Origin: Paraspadella gotoi | Lineage: Eukaryota; Animalia; Chaetognatha | Assembly (NCBI GenBank): GCA_051294375.1 | Contig: CM119269.1 | Coordinates: 22,156,965-22,220,964, forward strand | DNA: 64,000 bases | Direction: 5' to 3' | Part shown: positions 40,601-53,650 of the stretch, piece after piece | Layout: every line of letters begins with the position of its first letter | Position numbering within the stretch: the first letter of the stretch is position 1 | Program-made: the position numbers and the translations under genes | The notes under the pieces: model-generated | The model's database searches: none | What the model was told of the DNA's origin: nothing | What the model saw: the letters and a program-made list of their open reading frames with translations, nothing else

Positions 40601-43600
40601 CCTCAGCAATCCAGATTTTGTTGTTGTAGAAAAGTACATAGGGAAAGACCAATGCCTAATACCTAACTTATCAGCTTAACGCTATATGTCCTCAACCCAT
40701 CCTTACCTGCTAACCCCTATCGCCCAAACATACCTTATCCACTATACCGAAACCCCGAAACCACAATTAATCCATCGTTCAATTATCGTACGTTTTTGTC
40801 GATCCCGATCCTGAGTCATCACTGACCCAGAGAGAAAGAGAGAGCAGGAGTATGAGATTCGCTGCTCTTCGTCAGACGGCAAGGGGGGCATCCGGGAAGA
40901 GCATTCATCGGGCCATAGACTACTTAGGTACTACAATAATCTCTTAACAAAACTGTATAATTTGGACTGCTTATAAGAAAGCGCTGAACCACACGTACCT
41001 CCGCTCGACTGTCCAGTGACCAACTCTTGTCCCAAATTGACCAAAAGTTTTGAACAGTTTGGGGGCGGTCGTCAGTGGATCTGTCCGTGCTGTCTCCTGG
41101 CGTCCGGTCAAGTTGTCAGAAAAATCGTGAGTTTCGGTTTTTTTTCACATACGGGCAGCCCACTTTTTTTCCTTTTTTTTCTTATATCATAAATCAATAC
41201 ATCATCATCATCATCAGTCATCAAACATCATCATCATCAAGCATAATCATCATCATCATCATCCATCTCTATTTATGAACTCGGGGTCCTTTTTTTGGCT
41301 CTTCCGTGTCGTAATCGTTTTTGCCTCTTCCCTTCCTCCTCTTCCTCCTATCCTTTCTTTCCGCCGGAACTCCTTGCCCATTCTTGGCTCACACTTTTTC
41401 TCGTACACTTTCTCTCCTCTCTCTCTCTCTCTCTCGTCTCTCTCTCCTCTCATCTCATCTCTCTCTCTCTCTCTTCTCCTCGTCTCATCTCTCTCANNNN
41501 NNNNNNNNNNNNNNNNNNNNNGAGAGGGTAGATGTGAAGTTCTGCACTCCACCCAATGGAGGGTGAGCGTGCCTGCCGTCGTTTTTGTGGAGTGTGAGTC
41601 GTCTCCCTGTGTTCTGAAAACGAGAGCAGGAATGAGCTTCGCCGTTAGTCTCACCAGAAAGATGAGGCCGCATAGGAGATTATAGGCGCCTAGTGAACTT
41701 CACAGGCTGAGGATTATATGTAGCTGAACGCTGTGTAAAAGACGTTATTACCGATCGGGATGTACACATCTCTTAAGCCCAAATTGCCAGATAGTTTTTC
41801 CAATTTTTGGGTAATCTATAAGCAATTAGTAATTATTTATTGTAGATAGTTTGTTATTACTTATATTATACACGGTGCAACCGTGCAACAAGTGTTGATC
41901 GTCACGCTAAATAAACTATTCTCTAATTTCTTAATCAATGATTTAATATTTTTATTATTACTTAGCCTGCAATAGATACATGAGCTAAAAGAATTTAATG
42001 AAATAATATTAGAACTCCTTGGCCATTAAAAATCCTGATATATATTTTAAAACGTTATTCTATTCCGCGCTAACAGATGTTTTATAAAGCCCAGCAAAGT
42101 TCGAGCACAAAACTGTTTTCAATCGATTTGTGAAGAGGCGACGTCAATCTGGCGAGAAAATGGATTGTGTGGTAATTCACGATATATTTGGTCACTCATT
42201 AATTTTAATATTTCCACCTGAAAAATGGAAGAACAGTTAAGCACTATCCCGCTACATGAAAGATGAAAGAAACAACTGAATTGTAGCGACAGCTATAGTT
42301 CTCGATTTCTGTATTATTTTGTATTAACTAAGTTTTTTAAATATAAAACTCCAGTAATTACTGTAGTTAATCGACGTCTACCGAATGAAGCATATTGATA
42401 CCTATTTCAGTCCCGTCTGCCGAATATCTTCGCTCGCAAATCATAGCTAAAGCATCAAATGATAAAGTTTTTAGCTTAGCTGAACAATACAATTAATTAT
42501 TTCATTAGTTACATACTAACTAACCCCAGTTCCGTTCCGTCGGATTCCTCGCGCCGATCTCCCTCCCGGGACGAACTGTATTCTCTCCGCCGACGCAAGT
42601 AGCCAAAAGGACGTTGGCTCGTCGCCATCCCGCCTCACAGATCGCTTAGTGTATTATTTTATTTAATATATATTTAATTTATTATTCAATCAATACATGT
42701 TATGAATGTGAGAATAATAACGTAAATGCCAGAATGTATAGTCCGAAAGTGTCCACTAAGAATTTTTCGATAATTATAAGATACAGTAATTTCTAATTTA
42801 TTTAATATAATTGACGATTTTATTCGAATTACAACGGGTTGATCCAGTAGTACCAATCATCATCAACAAACAACAAATCAAAGCAACTAATGTCTAAAGC
42901 AACATAAAATAGAGAGAAAAAAAAACAGTTATTAAATAAATTAATGAATTAAAATTTAACAATTAAATTGTTTCTATGTTGTAAAGAAAATGGAACAAGT
43001 TGTCTGAAGAAGTCATTTTTTTCATTGTTATATATCTTTGAGATAAGGTTTCTTACGATATTAAAATTGTAGATCAGGTCGGTATATCATGATTTTTATA
43101 TATACTACGTATTTAATTATATATATCTAGTTGATCAGCGGTATTTTTTAGGCCAGCAGGCATATTTTAGCCTTAAAAAAAGTACCTTACACTCCTTTGA
43201 TTTTTTTCGTCTGCGAAAAATTAGTAAGATAACATTTATTTTAAAAAAAACGTAAGATCTACATTAGTCATTACTTTTTTCGCTATTTAGTTACAGGTAG
43301 TACCCAGCGGAAAATTATAAAACGTGCCATTTTTGACTGAATTTCTATTACATTATAATTTAGCTAAGGAGTTTTCTTGACGTCTGAAATAAGGAAGACG
43401 GAGTTGATGCATAGTTTACTAAAATTTGCCAACGAGAAATATAACGCTCGTGCGTTCAATAAGCTATCTGCAAATGTTCATTTGATCTTATAAATTCCTC
43501 TTCAATCTCTGACAAAAGCGACATCAAGTAGAATGTTTTAAACCAACATCAATTTTAATTCCAATTTCGCTTCCAATATGATAAAAACAACAAACATATT

Positions 43601-43989
43601 ACACCATTATTTCAGGGAACAATTGAATTTTTAGCTTTTCTGCTATAAACATGTTCAAAAGTTAATTGTTTTTCTAACCTGGCGAAGATTTGAATTCATA
43701 ATTCGATGATAATAGACGTAAAATACATCAAAGCAACGAAAAGTTGAATTACTGAGTACTCCACCCTTTGCCTATCCGTTTGCCACTATTCCGGTTCGCC
43801 AGACTCACCAGTTTGCTACTGGATTAGTCACTCTCCCGTGCTTCTCCCGTTTATCTACTCATTTCTCATTAATGTTTGCTCAATCCGGATTGCCCCTTTC
43901 CAGTTTGTCCACCGGATTGCTCGCTAGACGGTTTGCCCACAAGATTTGACTCGCACAGGTACGATTTCCTCTCCATCACGCTGCTTTTT

Positions 43990-45690
43990 TCTCCGCAGCT
44001 TCAATATAATCCCTAATCACTCCCCAGCTCCATCAAATATCTCCTTCGAATCCCACTCAAAGTAATCCTGCTTCTCTCCCCAGTCTCCATCAATCTCTTT
44101 TCGGCTCCATGAAATAATCCCTCATCTATCCAGCCCATCTCTTATCCGCTCCATCATGAATGCTCTTCTCTCCCAGCTCATCAGTCCTGGCTTCTCCTAA
44201 TCATAATCCCAGCTCAGTTCTCTATCCCCAAGCTCTAAAATTGTCATTCTGCACCATCAATGCTCTTCTTTGCTTCACTTTAATAATCCTGTTTCCGTAT
44301 CTCCCAGCTCCACATGAATCTCTTCTTCAGCTCCATCTAAGTAAATCCCACCGCCTCGTCCCTACTCACCAATGTCTACTCCCTGCCTCCAACTGACTAT
44401 AATCCATGCCTTCGCTCTACTCCAGCTCCATCAATTTCTCCTTCGCTCCACATAGATCTTACCCTCACTTTCTCCCTGCTATTACCATCAATCTCCTTCT
44501 TTGCTCCATCTTTATACTACCTAGATCTTTCCTCTCTCCGTCGGGTCTTTCTATCAAATATTCTTCATTTGTCCCTCATGACCACTCTCTCACTCTTTCC
44601 ACTACTCAGATACTCTTCAATCGCTCCATAAATTTATTGCCAGCCTCCTCACTTTCTCTCAGCTCCATCATTCTTCATTCTCCGCTTCAATCAATAAACC
44701 CACTCCTCCTCTTCCTCACGTCCAATTCAAGTCTCATTACTTCGCATCTTCTTTAAGTATCCACCTTGTCCTCTCACCGCCCATCAGATCTCTTTTCGCT
44801 CCATCAATATAATCCCGCCCTCCTCTCTCCGCTCCACCAATCTCTTCTTCGCTCCATCAGAGATTATCCCCCCTTTCTCTCCCCGCTCCATCAGTCTTTA
44901 CTTCGCTCCATCAAATAATCCCGCCCTCCTATCTCCTGCTCGCTCACAGTCTCTTCTTCGCTCCATCAAATAATCCCGCCCTTCCTCTCTTCCCCGCTCC
45001 ACCAATCTCTTCTTCGCTCCATCAAAATAATCCCGCCTCCTCTCTCCGCGCTCCATCAGTCTCCTTCTTCACTCCATCAAATAATCCAGCCTTCCTCTCT
45101 CCGCCGCTTCCACCAATCTCTTTCTCGATCCATGCAATAAATACCGCCCTCTCTTCTCCACCGCTCCATCACTCCTTCTTCGCTCGCAATCAAATAAATC
45201 CCGGCCCCCTCTCTCCTCGCTCCATCAGTCTCTTCTTCGCCCATCAAATAATCCCGCCCTCCTCTCTCCCCGCTCACCAATCTCTTCTTCGTTCCAATCA
45301 ATAATCCCGCCCTCCTCTCTCCCGCTCCATCAGTCTCTTCTTCACTCCATCACAAATAATGCCGCCCTCTCTCTCTCCCGCTCCCCATCAGTCTCTCTTC
45401 GCTCCATCAAATAATCCGCGCCCCTCCTCTCTCCCCGCTCCATCAATCTCTCTTGCCGCTCCATCAAATATCCAGCCTTCCTCTCTCCCCGCCCATCATC
45501 TCTTCTTCAACTCCATCAAATTAATCCGCCCTCTCTCTCATGCCGCTCCTCAGTCTCTTTCTTCGCTCCCCATCAAATAATCCAGCCTTCCTCTCTCCCC
45601 GCTCGCATCAGTCTCTTCTTCGCTCCATCCAAATAATCCCGCCTTCCTCTCTCCCCGCTCCACCAATCTCCTACTCCGCTCCACTTACAA
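43990..45690 (+). repeat. 54-bp minisatellite array, copy D, all in one orientation and possibly protein-coding
   Basis: Same unit, about 1.7 kb long; leads into an acidic open frame ending WMEARML* near 45858. Confidence 0.85.
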
Positions 45691-46514
45691 ATATTCCTGC
45701 CCTCTGCGATGGTTTCGAATGACTTCGAAAGATGGCGGAACCGCAGACGACCGAAGATGAAGATTCGCAATCATGACGGGTCCGACGGGCGAGGATTCCT
45801 CTTCGGGGCGGACGAGCGGACTTGGGGATGGGATGGAATGGAGGCAAGGATGTTGTGAGGAAAGTTAATAATCGGCTCTTTGGTCATTTATTATGAAAAA
45901 GGGTAATTTATAAAAATATTAAATCTCTCTCCTAGTTCCAGAGCAGCGACCCTAAATTTTTCACCCTCAAGATTCCGGAACTTAATTTAAACGTCAAATA
46001 TTTAACCCGGTAATGCTGTTCTAGATAACTTATAAGCCAGTATCTTAACTAAACTCTCTTAAGCTCGTAATACCTAACCGAACGATAGACTTGGCTGAGA
46101 CGTAACTTAACCTAAACACCTGATTCCCTTATCCGTATTTTACCCTATTCCTGTTGCGTCGCAAACCTGAAACGCTTTAGACAGAATAAAATTCAGCACT
46201 TGGGAACGTTTTCCGCGTACGTTCTTGTTGTGAGCGTTGCTGAGAAAACATAACGGAGATAAACTTACATTAGTGATAAACCTAGAAGCATTATTATAAT
46301 TTATAAAGACTAGCTTTTGAGTCTCATATGAACTTTAGTTTTCCCACTGACCGCGACTAGATAATATTTTAAATATAATAAAATGCTAGTGACTTATCAA
46401 AATTTTTAAAAAACAAAAAACCAAAAGTATATCCTCCCATAAATAATTAAAGAATTGGAGATGAAAAGTTTTGTCTTATTGAAATAGAGGAGAGGCATCT
46501 ATACGATAAAAAAA

Positions 46515-49464
46515 CAAGTTTGGAGTAAGCAAACAATGTCGGATCTGCCTACAATAATTAATTAATTAATTAATCGATTAAATTAATTAATTAATTAATT
46601 AATTTTAATATGTAATAAAATTAATTTTAACTTTATATTCAAACTTATCAATCGATGTCCCTTAAAATTGGGTTTAGGACAGTTATATAAATATGTTTTG
46701 TTACATTTTATCAAAAACAACAAATATCCCTATTTTATTTTATTGTCTCCTTCTCTCTCTCTCTCTCTCCTCACTCACTCTCGTTCTCCTCTCTCTCTCT
46801 CTTCTCTTTTTTTTTTTCTGGCAATTGCGACGATTCTTTATGCTTTTCAGATTTTTTTTACTTGCATCATTTTTTCACAATTAATTCATTAATTAATCAT
46901 TAATTTAATTAAAACATTTATTTAGTAATCAATTAATATTAAAGATTCAAGTAAATGTGACTTATGTTTTTTCCATCTAAACACATTCCCCTGGCACAAT
47001 TCCGTCAATACTTTAATATTATTATTATATAAATTAATAAATATTTAAAAGCTTCAGTGCAACAACCAATGAATAATTCAAAAAGTTATATTGAAAATCG
47101 ATTTAGTAGTAAAAAGGAAAAAAAATTTAAAGAGAAACCTAGAAGTTATAAAAAGCTGTTTCAATTTTGGCCCGCCTTACTAGATAATTAGGCCTTACTA
47201 GATATATTGCATGTGAATTAAAGCAATGTTATCGGAATAATAATTTCTCATTTTATGTATTTTGTAAGTATTTTAAAGTAATTTTTAATCAGTGAGTTAA
47301 AATAAGCAACTTTTTTATTCGCTAATTTTTATCTCGGACTTCCTCTCTCTTTCTAATCTTTCTCTCTCTCGCTCAACTCTCTCTCTCTTCTCTCCTCTCT
47401 TCTCTCTCTCTTTGCAATTGCGACGATCCCTTATGCTCATTTTACTGCTTCTCTCTCTTCTCTCTCTCTCTCCTCTCTCTCTCTCTCATCTCTCTCTCTT
47501 CTCTCTTTGCCAATTGGGCGAAACGATCCTTATGCTTTTAGGATTTTTTTTAAACTTGGTATCATTTTTCTGCTTCAAGTAAATGTGACTTAGGGTTTTT
47601 TTTTTCGCATTTAAACTCATTTCCCACTGGGCACAATTCCGTCAAAACTTCTATATCTAGCTTTTTCACATCACTTTCCTACCCGCTCACAAAAATTTCT
47701 CTAAATTATTATGGTTAAAAATAAGTAAAAAAGATTCAAGTAAATGATGACTCATATTTTTTTCAATTTTAAACTCATTTCCACTCGTACGTTTCCACAG
47801 ACCGAAACTTTTATATGCAAGGCATCGATACACATTTTCTACCCACACAAAAAATTTGAACTCAATCTATCCATCCAATTATGATTAATTAAGAGTACTT
47901 ATTGGTTAAAAATAAGTAAAAAGATTTTAGTAAATGCGACTTATGTTTTTCCACTTAAACTCATTTCCACTCACACGATTCCGTGAAACGTTATATCCAG
48001 CTTTATCACACACTTTCGCTACCCCACAACACAAAATTTTCATTTCAATCCAACCAGCCCAATCAGAGTTATTTGGAGCTTTTGCTAAGGTGGGACGGAT
48101 GGACGGATTGCAATTGACTGATTAATTTAATTATTGATTAAATTAATTGACTATTGATTAATTAAAACTGAATTAATTATTTGACTTATTATACATCCTG
48201 CATATACATTTAATATAAAAGGAAAAGAAGCATAATCATTAGTGAAAAGCAGGTTTTTTTGTTTTTTCGCATTTAAACTCATTTCACTCAAAAAAGATTC
48301 CATCGAAACTTGTTTCCTGTTTAATCACACCTTTTCTACTCCAACATACAAAATTCCAAGGTCAATCGATAATTAAGTGGTAATAAGCTTATCTTGGTCA
48401 ACTTGCATAATTTAATCAACTTGCATAATTTGGTCAACTGACATAATTGGTTAACTGACATAATTTGGTCTACTGACATAATTTGGTTAACCTGACATAA
48501 TTTGGTCAACTGACATAATTTGATCAATTAAGATAATTTGGTCAAACCGCGGCCATAATTTGGTTAACTGGCATAATTTTATCAACTAGCCTAATTTGGT
48601 CAACAGGCGATTAAATTTGGTCAACTTGGCAAAACTTGATTAAGCTTGCAGAATTTGGTCAACTGCATAATTGGTCAATCAATCAATCAATCAATCATAG
48701 CAGAGAGAGAGAGAGAGGAACTTAAAAAATTCAAATAAATGTGTCTGTTTTGGTTTTCTAATTTGAACTCTTTCCACTCCTACGATTCCATCAAAAAAAA
48801 TTTTATGCCACCTTTATTTACATTACTTTCCTAACCCACACACAAAATTCAATTTCGATTTATCTATCCAATTTTTATAAACAAAAATAATTATGAGTAA
48901 ATTTAAGTAAAAAATACTTCAAGTAAATATGACTTTTGTTTTTCCATTTTAACTCAATTTCACTCCCGCAGATTCCCCATCGAAACTTTATACGAGCTCA
49001 AATCAACAGACACTTTCCTACCACCATACAAAATTCAGTCAATTGCACTATCCACTCAATGAGCAATTGGCGTTTCAAATAGTGAAATATATTTTTTTTT
49101 GTTTTTTTCCATTTAATCCAATTTTCCACTCGCACGGATTCCCTCGAAAACCTTTCATATCCCATCTCCATCAACACAGTTTCCTACCCACACACAAAAT
49201 TTCATACCAAAATTCCATCCATCCAATCACGGGTAATTGGAGTTTTTTGCTAAGGTGGGAACGGACGGACGGACGGGACGGAACGACGGAAGGACAGACG
49301 GACGGACGGACACATCAATTTTTTTTTGCATAATTTATCATAATTCGGATGTTTCTCTGACATGATAATAAGTGTGTGCCGCGACAATAATTTGAGGGGG
49401 CGGACCGACGTGACCGAAAAAGTGAGTTATAGAGTCGGGATCTGCTGATATAGCAGATCCGACT
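46515..49464 (-). mobile_element. HINE / DINE-1-like Helentron, ~2.95 kb, with expanded central tandem repeats
   Basis: Same termini as 11075-13036; (GGAC)n microsatellite at 49257-49311 as in DINE-1; about 7-8 copies of a ~150-bp unit and a 19-bp array at 48392-48680. Absent at the equivalent A-run of copy C (33638-33645). Confidence 0.88.
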
Positions 49465-50181
49465 AAAAATGTACCTTTTTGCCCTCATTTGTCGTAGTTC
49501 GCGACTGTGCGGGCCATCTTCCTCTTACTTCTTTTTCCTCCTGCCGAAAGAACTATCCGCAAAACTCTAGCCGTAAAAAGACGATGCCGCAAACCGCACT
49601 GTGCCGCAAAGTAATCGTACGCGTCGCTCAGGTCGCTCAGTCACGTAACGATGATCGGCGAGAAAGTTTTAGAATAACTTCTGCCGCAAATATGAAGTTA
49701 AACTGGTCTGCCGCAAGAGGTTACTTGGACTTTGCTACAACCGCTACTCACTGATTTTGTTGCTGCAAGATGAGATTTCGTCGACGGAGACAATAGATTT
49801 GCGGTAAAGACGAAAACTAAAACGATTTTTTTTGTTTGCATTTTTTTATCTTTTAGTGTTGCCAGATGTTTGGATCGGGATCTCATCTAGACTTTTAATG
49901 AGACTCAAGAATAAAAGCATTTGGTAACTAAATATTTTTATTTTTATTAGTTTGCTTTTTAACCGTATATTCTTAGCGATAGATATTGTTTCAAAAAGAA
50001 TATGGAATCAGATTGATAAAAACCAAACGAATTCCAGATGAAATGTTTGTAATCAAAATATGTAATAAAAAACAAACCACTTTAACACAGAGCTATTCAG
50101 GGCAATAATTTAAATTTTTCCTGAGAGAGAGAGAACAGAGAGAGAGATATCGAGCGAGAGAGAGAAAGAGACTCCGTCTCT

Positions 50182-50566
50182 CTATTCATTTCCCTTCGCA
50201 ATCCACGGATCGGCGACGAAATCTACGAAGATGTTTCGGCATCTCCAGCTTCTCCCAGCGAGTCCTTCAAGGATGTTTCCGGTCGGCCGCGGCCCCAAGC
50301 CCGCCTCGTTCTTTGATCGCCTCCCAGAGGGCGCGACGCGCGAGATGAGGAGCGACGATGGAAGACTTCGATTGCGCCGCTGGGCTAGAAAAATTGCGGG
50401 CGCCGGATTAGGGGCGGCCGGGGATAAGGGACGCCGGGATTAGGGGCGCCGGGATTTGCGGCCTCAGATTCAAGAAACCGAGCCAAGACTCTCTTTCCCA
50501 ATGGATGTCGGCGCGGAGAAGAATCTGAAGAGAGAGAGAGAGATTTTAAGAGAGAGAGAGAGCAGA

Positions 50567-50616
<50 letters not shown>

Positions 50617-52063
50617 AAGTAAGGAAGGAAAAGAAAGAAGGAAAGAAGAACGTGAGAAACAAAGAACGAAAAGAAAGAAAGAGAGAAAGAAAAAATTAAT
50701 TAATTAATTAATTAATTAATCAAATAAATCAATAAATACGGAAAAAAGAGAGATATTCAAAAAACCATTATTCTCTAAAATAAATTATTTTTACACTTTC
50801 TTCTCTCTTTCTCCAGAGAAGAGCGGGAGTTTAACCCGGAGGTCTCTCTATACAAGCTTTCCTCAGTGTAGGCGATTGGTGGGTCCGGAAAGAGAGCGGG
50901 AGTTTAACTCCGGAGGTCTCTCTATACAAGCTTTCTCAGTGTAGGCGATTGGTGGGTCAGAAAAGAGCGGGAGTTTTAACCCGGAGGTCTCTCTATACAA
51001 GCTTTCTCAGTGTAGGCGATTGGTGGGTCCGGAGAAGAGCGGGAGTTTAACCGCGGAGGTCTCTCTATACAAGCTTTCTCAGTGTAGGCGATTGGTGGGT
51101 CCGGAGAAGAGCGGGAGTTTAACCACGGAGGTCTCTCTATACAAGCTTTCTCAGTGTAGGCGATTGGTGGGTCCAGAAAAGAGCGGGAGTTTAACCCGGA
51201 GGTCTCTCTATACAAGCTTTCTCAAGTGTAGGCGATTGGTGGGTCCCGGAGAAGAGCGGGAGTTTAACCTGGAGGTCTCTCTATACAAGCTTTCTCAGTG
51301 CCCCCGTATTTCCTTCTTATAACTTAACATCTAACTTAACTTAACTTTTAAGTTAACTTCCAACTTAACTTCTAACCTAACTTAACTTCTACGTAAGTTA
51401 ACTTTTCACTTTTCTTTCATTCCCCTTTACCCCCCCACACCCCTACCTCCACCACTCCCTTCTTCCCGTCCTTCCCGTCGCGATCCTCAGGCGGCGTCCT
51501 CGCCCTTCGCGTTGACGGGCGACGCCGCGCGCGCCACTCGCCAATGCCAAAAGAACCCCGACGGCACCGGCGTTGTCGGCTCGCGACGCCGCGTGTAGCG
51601 GCGCGTTTCTAAACACGTCTCGGGCATCGGGGTCGGCGCCGCGTTTGAGGAGCGCCGCGCAGATTCGGGCCGACGCCGGTTTTGGGTCGTCTTCCTTTTC
51701 CTCTTCTTCCTCTTCCGCGGCGTCGTCGCATCCCGACGCCAAATGAAGCGGCGTCATTTTCATCTCGTTGACGGCGTCGATTTCGCAGGCCGAGTCGGAA
51801 ATGAGAAAATTGACGGCGCGAGTCTGTTGATTTTTTTTGCGGGGGGGGGGAAATAATAAATTTGAACTTTAGTTTTAAAAATGAACTTTTACTGCGAGAA
51901 TTTTTGAATATCTCGGCTCAAGTTAATCCTGACTATTATTTGCTCTGATGTTGAAACCATTCAACTAATTATTTATTCATTCATTATCGTAACAAAACAA
52001 AACTATTAACTTTTGCGCCGCCCTTTCAAATTCTCTCTCTCTCTCTCTCACTCTCTTTTCTCT

Positions 52064-52094
<31 letters not shown>

Positions 52095-53014
52095 TCTCTC
52101 TTCTCTCTCTTCTCTCTCTCTCTCTGAAATAAATACCGAAACAAAGATTAATAAAGGTAATTAAAATTATCACAATATGCAAATGAGATTAAGGAACCCT
52201 TATTTGAAATGAACCAAAAACTTACCTGTCCGTAAAAAGCGGCGGCGTGCAACGGCGTCCATTTGGCCTTCCTCCCCTTCTCCTCTGCCCTCCTCTTCTC
52301 CTCAACCCTCCCCTTCTCCTCTTCCCTCCTCTTCCTCCACATCTTTAGAAGCGCCACCTTCCCCGCCTTCGCCGCTTCGTGTTCCGGCGTCAACCGCCAC
52401 GCCCCCGTACACGTGGCGGCGCCAGCGTCCAGCAGTGCCTCCGCCGCAACGCCGTTGCCGGCGCGGGCGGCGACATGCAGCGCCGATCGGCGACAGGGCG
52501 TGAGAAGGTCGGGATCGGCGCCGTTTTGCAGCAGGAGACGCAGTAGAGCGAGGCCGGATATAGACGATGCCGCGTGGTGAATAGGGGCGTGGCCTAAAAG
52601 ACACGTCGCGTCCGGATCGGCGCCGTGACGAAGGAGCCACTCCACGGCGCCATCTTGGCCGGCGACGACGGCGCGATAAAGCGGCGTTCTTCCAGCGGCG
52701 TCGCGAGGGTCGATGGCGAAAGAGGGCGTTGAGTAGAGAGAAGTTAGCGCCGATACGTCGCCTAGTTCGGCGGCGACGTGGACCGGCGTCGAATTGTTTA
52801 GAGAACGGGAGACATCGCCAGGGGGAATCGCGGCGGCGGCGGCGGCGGCGGCGGCGCAGTGAGATCGACGAAAGACGATGTCGACCGGCGACGCGATTCG
52901 ACGCCGAAAATCGTCGCTTTCGTCGTCTTCATCGTCGTCGTCTTCATCGTCGTCGTCTTTGACATTATCCTCGTAATCGTAGTCTAACTTGTTTGGGCTT
53001 CGGAAGATTTTCAT
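50182..53014 (-). CDS. Ankyrin repeat and SOCS box (ASB-like) protein, copy D. Exons: 53014-52226, 51823-51447, 50524-50182
   Basis: Exon 1 is open: acidic N-terminus, polyAla, then TPVHVAAELGD, GRTPLYRAVVAG, HAPIHHAAS, RSALHVAARAG, TPEHEAAKAG, WTPLHAAAFYGQ. Exon 2 has TPLHLASG and APLHAASRA; exon 3 has the SOCS box. Phase-0 GT-AG introns. Indels in exons 2-3 differ from those in copy C. Confidence 0.85.
50812..51300. repeat. 71-bp VNTR in ASB intron 2 of copy D, about 7 copies
   Basis: Same unit, higher copy number than in copy C. Confidence 0.95.
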
Positions 53015-53175
53015 GGTTCGAATTGCCTTTTATTTGTTTTGTTAGTCTAAACTAAGCTATGTAGTTAGTTTGTTCTTTTTGCTTTTGTACGTATAATTAT
53101 TTTTATTTTTATTTGTAATTTTTTTTTCAGTTTCGTTCGCAACTCGAAATTGATAGAAAACTATGAGCCTCGATC

Positions 53176-53216
<41 letters not shown>

Positions 53217-53589
53217 CTCTCCTCTCTCTCTCTCTCTCTGCTCTTCTCTCTCTCTCACCGAATTGAATCCCCTCAGGCGATAGTCAAGCGATTTCACGCT
53301 GAACTCGATTTTCGTCAAAACTGTTTCTCTCCTCGGAGTTGTTGTTGTCGTCGTCTTCGTAAAGCCAGTTTCTCATTCGTGGGAGAAAGAAATTAAGTTG
53401 AAATTTAGTTAAAATGATAAATAGTCGAGAAAGGAGAGAGTTTATAGAAAAGAAAAGAAAAGAAGGTTGTGAAAAGAGAAGAGAAAGGAGAAAGGTAATG
53501 AGAAAATAAAAAAGAGGTTTTGAAAGAGGGGTCGTGGACTAAAGGTAGAAGAGAGTGGGGGATCATGCCCCGGACGAGGTGATCGAGAG

Positions 53590-53650
<61 letters not shown>

